The notes below the pieces were generated by a model. It was not told where the DNA came from, searched no databases, and saw only the letters and a list, made by a program, of their open reading frames with translations. Shown here piece after piece: positions 24,046 to 32,715 of a stretch of 64,000 nucleotides of DNA. Source of the DNA: a virus; the IMG/VR virus record IMGVR_UViG_3300008108_000011, positions 1 to 64,000 of that record. The stretch is one strand, 5' to 3'. The position numbers and the translations under genes were made by a program. The stretch's first letter is position 1, and the number at the start of each line of letters is the position of its first letter.

Positions 24046-24673
24046 AGTTCAACTTATCTCGGTTACACCTGATGCAGAAAAGACAATGGCATATGTTGCT
24101 AGAGTCTCTAATCCTAGTAACCAAGATAATGAAAACTACGCAGGGTTACTGCGTTATTGTATTAAGCATAATCATTGGTCTGTGTTTGAACAATCTCATA
24201 TGACACTTGAGATTGAAACAACTCGTGGTATTGCAGCACAAGTGCTTCGTCATAGGAGCTTCACATTCCAAGAGTTTTCCCAGCGTTATGCTGATACCAA
24301 TCTGATTACTCAGAATATTCCCATCCCAGATCTTCGTAAACTAGATACTAAGAACCGTCAGAACTCTACAGATGACCTTGGAGACTATGTGAAACTCAAG
24401 TTTCAGGCAGAGATCGCTGAGCATTTCACCGCCGCCAACAACCTCTACAAGCGCCTGCTAGAGGCGGGAGTCGCTAAGGAGTGTGCAAGGTTCGTGCTGC
24501 CCCTGGCAACGCCCACAAGGATCTACATGACGGGATCGTGCAGGTCATGGATCCATTACATTGATCTTCGCTCTGCCCACGGCACTCAGAAGGAACACAT
24601 GATCATCGCTGAGCAATGCAGAGAAATCTTTAAGGAACAGTTTCCAGCGGTTGCAGAAGCAATGGAATGGTGA
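24029..24673 (+). CDS. thyX: flavin-dependent thymidylate synthase
   Basis: RHRSFTFQEFSQRY motif. Confidence 0.95.
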   Translation: MTIHSKVQLISVTPDAEKTMAYVARVSNPSNQDNENYAGLLRYCIKHNHWSVFEQSHMTLEIETTRGIAAQVLRHRSFTFQEFSQRYADTNLITQNIPIPDLRKLDTKNRQNSTDDLGDYVKLKFQAEIAEHFTAANNLYKRLLEAGVAKECARFVLPLATPTRIYMTGSCRSWIHYIDLRSAHGTQKEHMIIAEQCREIFKEQFPAVAEAMEW

Positions 24674-24700
24674 TATAATAGGGTCAACCACACAGACCCA

Positions 24701-25264
24701 ATGAATATTTTCTATCTCAGCTACGATCCTCGAACGTGTGCCGCCGAGCATTGCGATAAACATGTGGTTAAAATGATTGTTGAGTATGCTCAGCTTCTCT
24801 CCACTGCTCATCGTGTGCTTGACGGCATTCCTTATACTTCCAAGACTGCTAACAATCGTAATATCAAACGCTGGCGACTAGACAAACCACGCGAAGATAT
24901 TCTTTATAAAGCATCGCATATCAATCATCCATCTGCTGTATGGGTGCGGCAATCCCGTTCGCACTATCGTTGGTTGTTTGATTTGTTTCAGCATTGCTGC
25001 TTAGAATATACACGACGATACAAAAAGTATCACAGCACTGAGAGTTTGATTAGTTATCTTTGGGTTCCTCCATTTAACATTCCTGATGCTGGATGGATCG
25101 ATCCGCCGCCTGCAATGCCCGATAAATACAAAGTGATTGGAGACAGTATCCAATCATACCGCAACTATTACGTCGGAGACAAAGTTGCTTTTGCTACTTG
25201 GAAGTCTCCAGCAACTCCCCCATTATGGTTTATTGAAGATGCCAACTTACAGATTCAAGGATAA
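24701..25264 (+). CDS. denV: pyrimidine-dimer DNA glycosylase-like protein
   Basis: MNIFYL...HCDKHVVKM..E.AQLLSTAH...NHP..W.R. Confidence 0.8.
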   Translation: MNIFYLSYDPRTCAAEHCDKHVVKMIVEYAQLLSTAHRVLDGIPYTSKTANNRNIKRWRLDKPREDILYKASHINHPSAVWVRQSRSHYRWLFDLFQHCCLEYTRRYKKYHSTESLISYLWVPPFNIPDAGWIDPPPAMPDKYKVIGDSIQSYRNYYVGDKVAFATWKSPATPPLWFIEDANLQIQG

Positions 25265-25469
25265 TAACACAGGTGAAGAGTTTGAAAAGTGGATGTATAT
25301 GGCAGAGAGAGAACCATATCTCGAAGCTAATCCTCACATCACTCAGATGCCTACCATACTACATGCAGTCTCTGAAGTAGGAAACTGGCAGAATAAAACT
25401 GATAGTGATTGGAAACACATTATCAATCGCGCTGCCGACACACCTGGATCCACTGTTAATCGTATTTAA
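25239..25469 (+). CDS. conserved T4-like small protein (MPTY.F family)
   Basis: MPTYRFKDNNTGEEFE...YL..NP. Confidence 0.7.
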   Translation: MPTYRFKDNNTGEEFEKWMYMAEREPYLEANPHITQMPTILHAVSEVGNWQNKTDSDWKHIINRAADTPGSTVNRI

Positions 25470-25470
25470 T

Positions 25471-26229
25471 ATGCCCGTAAGAAATCGTAAAACCAAGCAA
25501 GCTGTTCCAAATGGAATGAGCGTGAAGCAGATGAAGCGCAAGAAGCCTCTCAACGAAGAATATTTTGCCAAAGACATTGAACCTCTTACGGATGCACAAC
25601 GTAAGATGTTTGATGAGTGGAACAATGATAAGCATCTATTTGCTTATGGTGCCGCTGGAACTGGTAAAACATTTGTGGCATTGTATCTTGCACTGAAGGA
25701 TGTTCTGAATGAGAACACCCCATACGAAAAGGTATATATTGTTCGCTCACTTGTGGCAACTCGTGAGATTGGTTTCCTTCCTGGAGATCATGAAGACAAG
25801 TCAAGTCTTTATCAGATTCCTTATAAGAATATGGTAAAGTATATGTTTGAACTGTCAACGGATGAAGAGTTTGAGATGCTGTATGGTAATCTAAAAAATC
25901 AGGGAACGATTAGTTTCTGGTCTACATCATTCCTTCGTGGAACTACCATGGATAACTGCATCATCATCGTCGATGAAATGCAGAACCTAAATTTCCATGA
26001 ACTTGATTCAATCATCACTCGCGTGGGTCAAGATTGTAAGATCATCTTCTCGGGTGATGTTCAACAAACTGACCTGATCAAAACTAATGAACGTAATGGC
26101 ATTCTTGACTTCCAACGTATCATCAATACAATGGAAGAGTTTGCATCTGTTGAGTTTGGTGTTCAGGATATTGTTCGCTCTGGTTTAGTTCGTAGTTACA
26201 TCATCAGTAAAATTAATTTGGGATTCTAA
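25471..26229 (+). CDS. phoH: PhoH-family ATPase
   Basis: GAAGTGKT Walker A, SFLRGTT, VDEMQN, GDVQQTD. Confidence 0.95.
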   Translation: MPVRNRKTKQAVPNGMSVKQMKRKKPLNEEYFAKDIEPLTDAQRKMFDEWNNDKHLFAYGAAGTGKTFVALYLALKDVLNENTPYEKVYIVRSLVATREIGFLPGDHEDKSSLYQIPYKNMVKYMFELSTDEEFEMLYGNLKNQGTISFWSTSFLRGTTMDNCIIIVDEMQNLNFHELDSIITRVGQDCKIIFSGDVQQTDLIKTNERNGILDFQRIINTMEEFASVEFGVQDIVRSGLVRSYIISKINLGF

Positions 26230-26904
26230 ATGTTTATTCATTCTTCGTCATTCGCACCTATTGAACTGGAAGCTATCATGGTAGATGGTCGTAGGCTCTA
26301 TCCAACACCTTCGGGTGGAAAGTATCCTTCGATCACCACAGTTCTAGGTGTGTGCCCGAAGAAGAAAAAGAAACTGAACGAATGGAAACAACGTGTTGGT
26401 CATGATAAAGCACAAGCAATCTCAACTCGTGCCGCCACTCGTGGCACAGACTTTCACAAAATGGTTGAAGATTTGCTGAATAACTGCTATAATGAAGAGA
26501 ACTTCAAAGGGAAGTTCCTCCCCCTTATGATGTTTAAAAATGCTGTTCCGACTCTCAATAGAATCACCAAAGTCTATTTACAAGAAGCAGCATTATACTC
26601 AGATCACCTGGAAGTAGCTGGGCGCGTCGATTGTATCGGTGAGTTTGATGGTATTCCATCCATCATTGACTTCAAAACCTCAAAGGAAGAGAAGAAAGAA
26701 GAATGGATGGAAGACTATTACATTCAAGAGACTGCGTATGGGTGTATGTTCTATGAACTATATAATACACGCATTAAACAACTTGTGACTATCGTTGCCT
26801 GTGAAGATGGTAACACACAAGTAGTGATTAAGCAACCTAAAAAAGAATATCTAGAAAGATTAATCGAACTACGCTCTCTCTACCAGGAAATCTATGGAGG
26901 ATAA
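26230..26904 (+). CDS. PD-(D/E)XK exonuclease (T4-like exonuclease A / Cas4-like)
   Basis: YPSITTVL, RGTDFH, GRVDC, IIDFKTS, QETAY. Confidence 0.9.
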   Translation: MFIHSSSFAPIELEAIMVDGRRLYPTPSGGKYPSITTVLGVCPKKKKKLNEWKQRVGHDKAQAISTRAATRGTDFHKMVEDLLNNCYNEENFKGKFLPLMMFKNAVPTLNRITKVYLQEAALYSDHLEVAGRVDCIGEFDGIPSIIDFKTSKEEKKEEWMEDYYIQETAYGCMFYELYNTRIKQLVTIVACEDGNTQVVIKQPKKEYLERLIELRSLYQEIYGG

Positions 26905-27142
26905 TATATTACAGGAAAAATTTATGACCGTTGCGAGATTCTCTTCTGAAGTTGAGACGCTTGTGAACAGTGATTCAATGAGTTATATTGATGCTATCAT
27001 TCATTATTGTGATACCAACGATATTGAGTTGGAGACTGTGCCCAAGTTGATTTCAAAACCACTAAAAGAAAAACTAAGACATGAAGCTCAACAACTGAAC
27101 TTCATCAAGAAAACATCCCGTGCAAAACTAATGTTAGTATGA
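26894..27142 (+). CDS. 33: late transcription coactivator gp33
   Basis: F...VE......SYIDAI..YC....IE.E.V.KLISKPLKEKL..EA. Confidence 0.85.
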   Translation: MEDNILQEKFMTVARFSSEVETLVNSDSMSYIDAIIHYCDTNDIELETVPKLISKPLKEKLRHEAQQLNFIKKTSRAKLMLV

Positions 27143-27483
27143 CAGACTTCTTTGATTCTGATATTGTTAGAGAAGAAGCAAGAGAAATGGAACGCCTTCA
27201 AATGAAGGCAATGGAACTGACTCTTGCTTCTCCTATGAAAGGCGACAAAGAAGATCAACTTGAATATATTCGAGTTGTTCGTTCTCTTGTTGAAAAACAA
27301 CAGATCTTTTATATGCGTCTGAAACTATCTGATGACCCTCGCGCAGTAGAAATGTGTGAGCAAATCGAACAGGGTGCTAAGATGCTGTATGGGTGGTGGG
27401 AAACGCAAGACGTTCAGACCCTCATGCGTAACATGCTCGACAAGCTCGACGAGTTTGAGCAGGAGATCGAGGCAGAGGGTTGA
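27139..27483 (+). CDS. conserved cyanophage protein (DUF1825-like)
   Basis: FFDSDIVREE...L.EKQQIFY.RL.LSDDP.A. Confidence 0.7.
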   Translation: MTDFFDSDIVREEAREMERLQMKAMELTLASPMKGDKEDQLEYIRVVRSLVEKQQIFYMRLKLSDDPRAVEMCEQIEQGAKMLYGWWETQDVQTLMRNMLDKLDEFEQEIEAEG

Positions 27484-27563
27484 CGCCGACCTCTGCCCGT
27501 GGTATGATGACTAAGTGATCGGGCGTCACACAGACCAAATCTAAAACAATCCGAGGTAATCCT

Positions 27564-28484
27564 ATGTCTTTCGCTGACCTTAAGCGCAAATCTCAAAACT
27601 CCTTTGCTTCTCTGACTAAGGAACTTGAGAAAGCAAACTCTTCTTCTAGTGGCGATGATCGCTTCTGGAAACCTAGCGTTGACGCCGCTGGTAACGGGTT
27701 CGCTGTTATTCGTTTCCTCCCTGCACCTGATGGTGAGGAAATCCCTTTTGTGAAACTCTATTCCCATGCCTTCCAAGGTGATGGTGGTTGGTATATCGAG
27801 AACTCTCTCACCACTCTGGGTCAGAAAGATCCTGTGGGTGAGGTGAATCGCCGCCTGTGGAATAGTGGTCGTGATGCTGATAAAGAAACTGCTCGCAAGC
27901 AGAAGCGCAAACTGACTTACTACTCTAACATCTATGTGGTGAGTGATAAAGCCAATCCCGAGAATGAGGGTAAGGTGTTCCTGTATAAGTATGGCAAGAA
28001 GATCTATGACAAGATCTGTGCTGCTATGCAACCTGAATTTGAAGATGAGTCTCCTGTGAATCCTTTCGATCTGTGGGAAGGTGCTAACTTCAAACTGAAG
28101 ATCACCAACGTTGCTGGTTATTGGAACTATGATAAGTCTGAGTTCGCCGCCCCGTCTGCACTCTCAGCGGATGATACTGCGCTTGAAAAAATCTGGCGTC
28201 AAGCATACTCTCTCCAAGAGTTTGTCGCGCCGTCTAACTTCAAGACCTATGAAGAACTGGAAGAGCGTCTGAATCTGGTGTTGGGTATCACTCAAACTCC
28301 TTCCCAAGCTCGTGCTGCTCAAGCAACTCGTGTGATGGATGAGGAAGAGGATGAAGAGTTCTCTGCTCCCGCTCCCGTCGCTCGCCGCGAACCTGCACTC
28401 CCTAAAGTTGCAGTTGCTGCTGGCGTAGATGAAGATGAAGACGATGCTTTGAGTTACTTTGCTCGTCTTGCTGAGGAAGACTGA
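27564..28484 (+). CDS. 32: single-stranded DNA-binding protein gp32
   Basis: DDRFWKP..D.AGNG.AVIRFLP, acidic C-terminal tail; promoter TTGACG-17-TATGAT at 27480. Confidence 0.97.
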   Translation: MSFADLKRKSQNSFASLTKELEKANSSSSGDDRFWKPSVDAAGNGFAVIRFLPAPDGEEIPFVKLYSHAFQGDGGWYIENSLTTLGQKDPVGEVNRRLWNSGRDADKETARKQKRKLTYYSNIYVVSDKANPENEGKVFLYKYGKKIYDKICAAMQPEFEDESPVNPFDLWEGANFKLKITNVAGYWNYDKSEFAAPSALSADDTALEKIWRQAYSLQEFVAPSNFKTYEELEERLNLVLGITQTPSQARAAQATRVMDEEEDEEFSAPAPVARREPALPKVAVAAGVDEDEDDALSYFARLAEED

Positions 28485-28491
28485 TAATAGT

Positions 28492-28518
28492 AAAGGGGGC
28501 ATTATGCCCCCTTTTTTT
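28492..28518. terminator. bidirectional intrinsic terminator
   Basis: AAAGGGGGC-ATTAT-GCCCCCTTT followed by T-run. Confidence 0.85.
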
Positions 28519-29167
28519 ATATACCAGCTTTCTTGGTTGTTCGATTTATGTAAGAACTAGACTTAGAATACTCCATCCCTAAATCAAATTGATCAATAAA
28601 TTCTTGAACATATTCTGGTCTTAGGATATAAATTTTTCTTTTCTCATCATTCAATTTTAATTCATATTCATAATTAGTGATAGGTTTTGATATGGTATTT
28701 CCATTTACTGATACTACACTTCCATTATTATAGTATTTGTATACACTATTATAGAAAGATTGTTCTACTCTTAATCCAGATTTAAGCACAACTAACCCAG
28801 AACTATTCTTCACTTCGTATGTTTCATAGTGGTGAATACCTTCTGGGTTTCCGTATGTTTTTTGAACTATCTCATACAAATCAGATTCTCTGATTGGTAG
28901 ATCAAAATAAGAATTGATAATATTATTTGTAATTAATATCACCCAATCAAAATCAGATTTTCCGTAAAATTTATATGACAGATAATCAATTCTGTCTGTG
29001 TCTGTCATGTTATATTCATTAAAAAAGTTCTGAAAGTTGTAAGAGCTTTCAGTTACTTTGTATCTTCTGAAGAAATTTTTAGCAAGAACATATTCTCTTT
29101 CCGAGAATGGAAAGGTCAATGGTTTCTTGTCGTATTCTATGTTTGGTAAACGTTTGAAGTATGACAT
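28517..29167 (-). CDS. 53: baseplate wedge subunit gp53
   Basis: MSYF..LP.I.Y...R.D..S..FYG..D.DW.I...N.I...HHYET. Confidence 0.88.
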   Translation of the reverse strand: MSYFKRLPNIEYDKKPLTFPFSEREYVLAKNFFRRYKVTESSYNFQNFFNEYNMTDTDRIDYLSYKFYGKSDFDWVILITNNIINSYFDLPIRESDLYEIVQKTYGNPEGIHHYETYEVKNSSGLVVLKSGLRVEQSFYNSVYKYYNNGSVVSVNGNTISKPITNYEYELKLNDEKRKIYILRPEYVQEFIDQFDLGMEYSKSSSYINRTTKKAGI

Positions 29168-30030
29168 TATCGTGCTCTACCTGATTCTAAATCATCTCTG
29201 AATACAAGTTTGGTTTCTTTAAATCCAACTGTTAGTTGAATTCCTATTGGTTTACCATCTTCAAATGACATATAACTTCCTTCCGTAACGTAACTTATAT
29301 TTACTGAAGTTATACCCGAAACTTTATACTTGGGTAAGTATTCGTTTTCACCACCGCCAGCTTTAAAGAATTTCACTTCACATAATTTAGGTAGGTTTAT
29401 AAAATTTTTACCTTCTGTTCCGAATATACTATTTGCTGTTGATGGAACACATGCTTCTCTAAAAGTCTTTACGATATCTAATATCGCTTGCGCTTCGCCA
29501 GATGACTGAGGAATCATTTTAAAACTATATCCATGAGACCTCAATCCAAATCCACTATAAAGAAGTTCTGTATTTGGATTTAATATAGTTCCTGATGTTA
29601 ATGCTAAAACATCATTATAATTTAAATTCGCTCCCAGTCCAGGAAGATTGGAAAAACTAGTTGCGAGATATTTTACTGCATCATCTCCAGCTGCTTTTGC
29701 AAAGTTTGTGAATTTTTCTCCAGGATTTTTAAAGACAGAATCAATAGCGCCTTGCAAATTTCCTTTTGTTACTGCTTGAGATATTGGTTCTGCTACAGCA
29801 CCCAAGGCAAATTGCGCTAGAGAAGTTGTATCTTTTCCTTGCCAATTACCAGAAAAGGAAGTTCCCACATCACTAGGCATATTCATTGCAATTGTGCTAC
29901 CACTAGCAGTGTATCCTTGCGTCTGACTATATGCACTACTTCCACCTGAAACTGGTGGCTTATAATCACCAAATGAAAATTGGATCCAGTCACTACTACC
30001 ATCAATATCTGCTGGATATTTTAATGTCAT
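29167..30030 (-). CDS. 48: baseplate tail-tube cap gp48
   Basis: LKYP, NPNTELLY, YSFKMIPQS..EA, L.V.F.E. Confidence 0.8.
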   Translation of the reverse strand: MTLKYPADIDGSSDWIQFSFGDYKPPVSGGSSAYSQTQGYTASGSTIAMNMPSDVGTSFSGNWQGKDTTSLAQFALGAVAEPISQAVTKGNLQGAIDSVFKNPGEKFTNFAKAAGDDAVKYLATSFSNLPGLGANLNYNDVLALTSGTILNPNTELLYSGFGLRSHGYSFKMIPQSSGEAQAILDIVKTFREACVPSTANSIFGTEGKNFINLPKLCEVKFFKAGGGENEYLPKYKVSGITSVNISYVTEGSYMSFEDGKPIGIQLTVGFKETKLVFRDDLESGRAR

Positions 30031-30707
30031 TGACTTACTACCTCGATGTCTTCTGGTCTACCATAACCTTTGATGATTCTTTTTGCTTTGATTCTATCAT
30101 TATATTTTTCGTTGGTTTCTTTCCATACATCAGATGACTTGTATGGAACTAAAACGTTTCCTCTTTCTCTAACAAAATGTTCTATCGGCAAAGCAATAGC
30201 AGTATCCCATTCATCAATCGCAAGATCTAAAAGGAATCCATCTACATGGTCTAAAATATATTTATGGAAACATGCACGAGGTAAATCAATACGATCATTT
30301 TTTAATTTTTCTATAGCAAGCACTCTTTTTCTCGGATCCATGTAGTGTAAATTAGCACCAAAGAAATGATCTGAGTTTGCTTTGATGACATATACTAATG
30401 GAAATGTATCATAGTATGGTAGATACTTCATCTTAGCTTTATATTCAAAAAGAAATAGTCTACCTACTCTTGCGTATCTTCTGAGTTGGTTTTGGTCTTT
30501 ATTTTCTTCTGTGTCTGCTCTATCTCTACGTTCATCACGTATTGTTTTATCTGGTTGTTGTTTGTATTCTAAAGCCATGGTGCGAACAGTCTTTCTATAC
30601 CACTGCCAAGATTGTTCTTCGCTCCCTGCTTTTTCTTTAACTCTTTCAAATAAAGTATTATATCCTTTTCTAGTTTTAGATGTTTCTTTTTTAAATCCTT
30701 GTGCCAT
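30027..30707 (-). CDS. 2: DNA end protector gp2
   Basis: Y.AK....LPYYD.FPLV....FFGANLHY. Confidence 0.85.
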   Translation of the reverse strand: MAQGFKKETSKTRKGYNTLFERVKEKAGSEEQSWQWYRKTVRTMALEYKQQPDKTIRDERRDRADTEENKDQNQLRRYARVGRLFLFEYKAKMKYLPYYDTFPLVYVIKANSDHFFGANLHYMDPRKRVLAIEKLKNDRIDLPRACFHKYILDHVDGFLLDLAIDEWDTAIALPIEHFVRERGNVLVPYKSSDVWKETNEKYNDRIKAKRIIKGYGRPEDIEVVSQ

Positions 30708-30710
30708 CTG

Positions 30711-31145
30711 CTACACCCCCAAGTGATCTTCGGTGAGAATAAGGAATTGCATTTGTCTATCCTCACACCAGTCACTTGCGGCTTCCCATTTCGCTTGGTT
30801 TTTTAGAAACGTTAGAACCTTGTCTTTGTATACTTTAGTTTGTTTCTTTGCTGGAGGTGGAGGAGTTGTCTGTTTCTTTGGTTTAATTTCAACAAGATAT
30901 TTTTTAATTTCATTTGATTTTGTACGAACTTTGATATAGAAGTCTACATAATAACGATGAACCCTTCCATCAATAGGTGAACGATAAGGTATCACAACTT
31001 CCTCACTGCCCCACTCAATGACACTGCTGTTTCTGTCACAGAATATCATAAACTTTCTTTCCCATAACGAACGATAGATTATATTCATAGGGTTACCCCT
31101 ATACTTCGTGGGATTTATGGGGCGATAAAATCCCGAGTATGCCAT
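30711..31145 (-). CDS. 4: head completion nuclease gp4
   Basis: NP.KY.G....I.YRS.WE...W.SEE..IPY...HRY..DF...EIKP. Confidence 0.93.
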   Translation of the reverse strand: MAYSGFYRPINPTKYRGNPMNIIYRSLWERKFMIFCDRNSSVIEWGSEEVVIPYRSPIDGRVHRYYVDFYIKVRTKSNEIKKYLVEIKPKKQTTPPPPAKKQTKVYKDKVLTFLKNQAKWEAASDWCEDRQMQFLILTEDHLGV

Positions 31146-31179
31146 AAATATAAATATAACTTCTCAAGGTATTTATTAA

Positions 31180-31794
31180 ATGGGCGTTCAAACCTATTTA
31201 ACAGCAATCTCAAATGGAAGAGGGATGGCAAAAAGCAATCTCTATTCTGTTTATTTTTCTGGAGGTGTTATCAACGAACTGATAGGAGATTTTGGCGGCA
31301 TTGACAGAAAAGCTGGAACGCAACCTTCTCTAGTTGGAGAACGAGTTAATATCATGTGTGATGAAGTATCCTTACCAGGAGTTCAATCCTCGACAGGTAG
31401 TGTGGTTAGACATCCTGGAGCAAATCCAATTTACTATCCAACCAATCCAATATATAATGACCTTCAATTATCTTTTATGTGTGACGCAGAGATGCAAGCA
31501 CTGAATTTCTTAACAGATTGGCACGCTAAAATTTACAAGAAAGTTGGTAATTCATATCAAATTAATTACCCAGAAAAATATAAATGCACTACATTAACTA
31601 TCGAAAAAAACGAAAAGGATTCTAAATCTGAAGTTGGTTTGACCCCTGTTAAATATGAACTTAAAGATGCATGGGTTTATTCAGTTGATGCTATTCCTCT
31701 CTCGTATGGATCTAGTCAAATAGTTAAGGTGACTGCTAACTTCTACTACACTAATTGGAATGCAACTTTCAACCGTCTCAACACTATAACCTAA
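31180..31794 (+). CDS. tail-tube-like / baseplate-tube junction protein (gp19/gp54 family)
   Basis: GMAKSNLY.V...C....LPG...L.D.W...P..L.YG; late promoter TATAAATA 31149-31156. Confidence 0.7.
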   Translation: MGVQTYLTAISNGRGMAKSNLYSVYFSGGVINELIGDFGGIDRKAGTQPSLVGERVNIMCDEVSLPGVQSSTGSVVRHPGANPIYYPTNPIYNDLQLSFMCDAEMQALNFLTDWHAKIYKKVGNSYQINYPEKYKCTTLTIEKNEKDSKSEVGLTPVKYELKDAWVYSVDAIPLSYGSSQIVKVTANFYYTNWNATFNRLNTIT

Positions 31795-31831
31795 ATATTT
31801 TTACGAACATATTATCTTCTTTGGAGTAATC

Positions 31832-32548
31832 ATGACTTTACCAAAACCACCAGTGCCAACATATGAGTTGGAATTGCCATCATCAGGAAAGACAATTAAG
31901 TATAGACCATTTCTAGTTAGTGAAGAAAAGATTCTTCTTATGGCTATGGAATCTGAAGATGAAAAACAAATCACACAAGCAGTAAAAGATATTGTGAAAG
32001 CTTGTGTTCTTACGAAGGGTGTGAAGATTGAAGACCTAGCATCATTTGATATCGAATACATCTTTCTCAACATACGTGGCAAATCTGTTGGTGAAGAAGT
32101 TAAAATGAAAATCATCTGTAATGATGACAATGAAACAGAGGTAGAATATACTTTAGATTTAAGTAAAGTAGAAGTTCAAAAAAATCCAGATCATGATGCT
32201 AAAATATTATTAGATGATACTACAGGTATTGTGATGAAGTATCCTGGTGTTGATCAGTTTATTCAAACACAAATCATGATGAAGTCATTGAACGCAGAAG
32301 AAGTATTTGATATTATTATTGATTCTGTTCATCAGATCTTTTCTGGAGAAGAAGTGTTCGAGGCTAAAACAACATCAAGAAAAGAAATTGAAGATTGGAT
32401 GGGTGGATTAACTTCCAAACAATTCGAGAAAGTTAAAGATTTTTTTGCTACCATGCCCAAGTTAGCGCATACATTTAAAGTTACTAATCCTAACACTGGA
32501 GTTGAATCTGAATACACAATTGAGGGTCTGGTAAATTTTTTCGGGTGA
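31832..32548 (+). CDS. 26: baseplate hub assembly protein gp26
   Basis: LPSSG..IKYRPFLV.EEKILL...FDIEYIFL.IR.KSVGE. Confidence 0.9.
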   Translation: MTLPKPPVPTYELELPSSGKTIKYRPFLVSEEKILLMAMESEDEKQITQAVKDIVKACVLTKGVKIEDLASFDIEYIFLNIRGKSVGEEVKMKIICNDDNETEVEYTLDLSKVEVQKNPDHDAKILLDDTTGIVMKYPGVDQFIQTQIMMKSLNAEEVFDIIIDSVHQIFSGEEVFEAKTTSRKEIEDWMGGLTSKQFEKVKDFFATMPKLAHTFKVTNPNTGVESEYTIEGLVNFFG

Positions 32549-32550
32549 GC

Positions 32551-32715
32551 ATGTTCCATGAGAGCCTTGCTAATTATTATCAGTCAAATTTTAATCTCAT
32601 GTATATTCATAAGTTTAGTTTGACTGAATTGGATAACATGCTCCCCTGGGAAAGAATGGTTTATATTACTATGTTGAATGCTTATATTGAAGAGCAGAAC
32701 AGTAAGAATAAATGA
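32551..32715 (+). CDS. 51: baseplate hub assembly catalyst gp51
   Basis: Translated by hand: MFHESLANYYQSNFNLM..HKFSLTELDNMLPWER. Confidence 0.85.
   Translation: MFHESLANYYQSNFNLMYIHKFSLTELDNMLPWERMVYITMLNAYIEEQNSKNK

Noticed and set aside
26230-26904. Cas4-like nuclease as a sign of a CRISPR system
   Set aside because: It is the standard T4-like exonuclease in its usual phoH-gp33 context; no repeat-spacer array or other cas genes are in the window.
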